Assembly (NCBI RefSeq): GCF_902652985.1
Contig: NC_047021.1
Span: forward strand, 42,718,001-42,782,000
Direction: 5' to 3'
From: Pecten maximus
Lineage: Eukaryota
Length of the DNA: 64,000 bases
The translations under genes and the position numbers were made by a program. This document shows positions 62,991 through 64,000 of this stretch, piece after piece. Within the stretch, counting starts at the first letter, position 1. Each line of letters opens with the position of its first letter. The notes under the pieces were generated by a model. It searched no databases. It was not told the DNA's origin and worked only from the letters and a program-made list of their open reading frames with translations.

Positions 62991-63814
62991 AGTTCCTATT
63001 CCCATTGTAACACAATTCATTGCATGTGAGATCTCATATAAAAGACGTGAAATGATAAAATTACATGCATTTTCTTCTTAGAATTTTACAGTGAGATCAA
63101 AATTTCAATATTTCGCGAAAGGAAGAATATCACGACATGTCTCCCAAAATGGACGCTATTTCATTTTTTTTTGTTTTGTTTTGATTTGTTTTTGTTTTGT
63201 TTGTTTGCTTGTTATTTTTTTATTGGGGTTTTTGCGTAACTTTAGTCGCCATTTCTTCCTTCAGAAGTAGACAAATGGACGGAATATTAAGCCGCTTTCT
63301 TTTCTGAACGACGGTCCACATCGACCACATATTGCGGGACCAGATCTTCTACCTTTATGCCCACCAAGCCAAGTGAATTATCAGTTACTTAATATGTAAA
63401 AATCTTATTAAATAGAGTTGGAATTGTCCATGTGTCCAGACTAGTCCAATATTTAACAGATAAGAAGAAGGTAAGCATGTGATAAAAAGTGGTGAAACTC
63501 TGCTCGTTGTTGAATGTTATTGGAGATGGTGTTGGATGTGAATTAAGATAAACAAAATAGTGCAGCTCAAATGCGTATGCTTGTTTATTGTTTTATTCTG
63601 AGTTTTATTAAAATATCTTTAATTGATACCAACTATCTATTTTTTTTCTTGACCAAACAATCGGCTTTTATACGGGCTATTTCAAACTAAGACCTGTATT
63701 CCTAATTCCATTCACCTGAACTGACGAAGGAAAACAATATGAATTTGTTTTAACTTTGATTTTGGAAAAATAAAAGGGAAACATACCTGTTGCTGTGAAA
63801 ACAAAAACTTGTCT

Positions 63815-64000
63815 AACCTGTCTATTACGACCACGTGCTGTATAACGACATTATAACTTCCACCTGTCTATAACGACCACGTGCTGTATAACGCCCTAAT
63901 AACTTCCACCTGTCTATAACGACCACGTACTCTATAGAGACCTAATATCTTTTACCTGTCTATAACGACCACGTGATGTATAACGACATGATTCCATCTG
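63815..64000. repeat. ~46-bp tandem repeat (ACCTGTCTATAACGACCACGTG...), runs off the right edge
   Basis: Four direct copies. Confidence 0.85.

Overview
AT-rich, intron-rich animal DNA, most likely a bivalve mollusc (inferred from the SINE/HINE repeat types and the B-box/beta-propeller gene). The left half holds the 5' part of HUWE1 (E3 ubiquitin ligase) on the minus strand. I traced 30 coding exons with consistent splice phases, but roughly 1,100 aa (most of the armadillo region and the UBA domain) are missing between two phase-0 exons. Four consecutive-region HUWE1 introns carry 13 intact copies of a C/D box snoRNA of the SNORD27/snR74 type (guide for 18S Am27/28), up to 7 in a single intron. 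At 33897-43346 is a 9.45-kb DNA transposon with a TTAA target duplication and short GG..CC TIRs (Kolobok-like). It encodes an intact 9-exon, 860-aa protein fusing a Mutator-like DDE transposase to a DEDDh 3'-5' exonuclease. It sits inside a tRNA-derived SINE, which in turn sits inside a decayed BEL/Pao retrotransposon. The right part has a Penelope-like RT relic, an intronless B-box/coiled-coil/beta-propeller gene, a C2H2 zinc-finger gene and several MITEs, HINEs and minisatellites. All calls were made by reading the sequence; no database searches were run.
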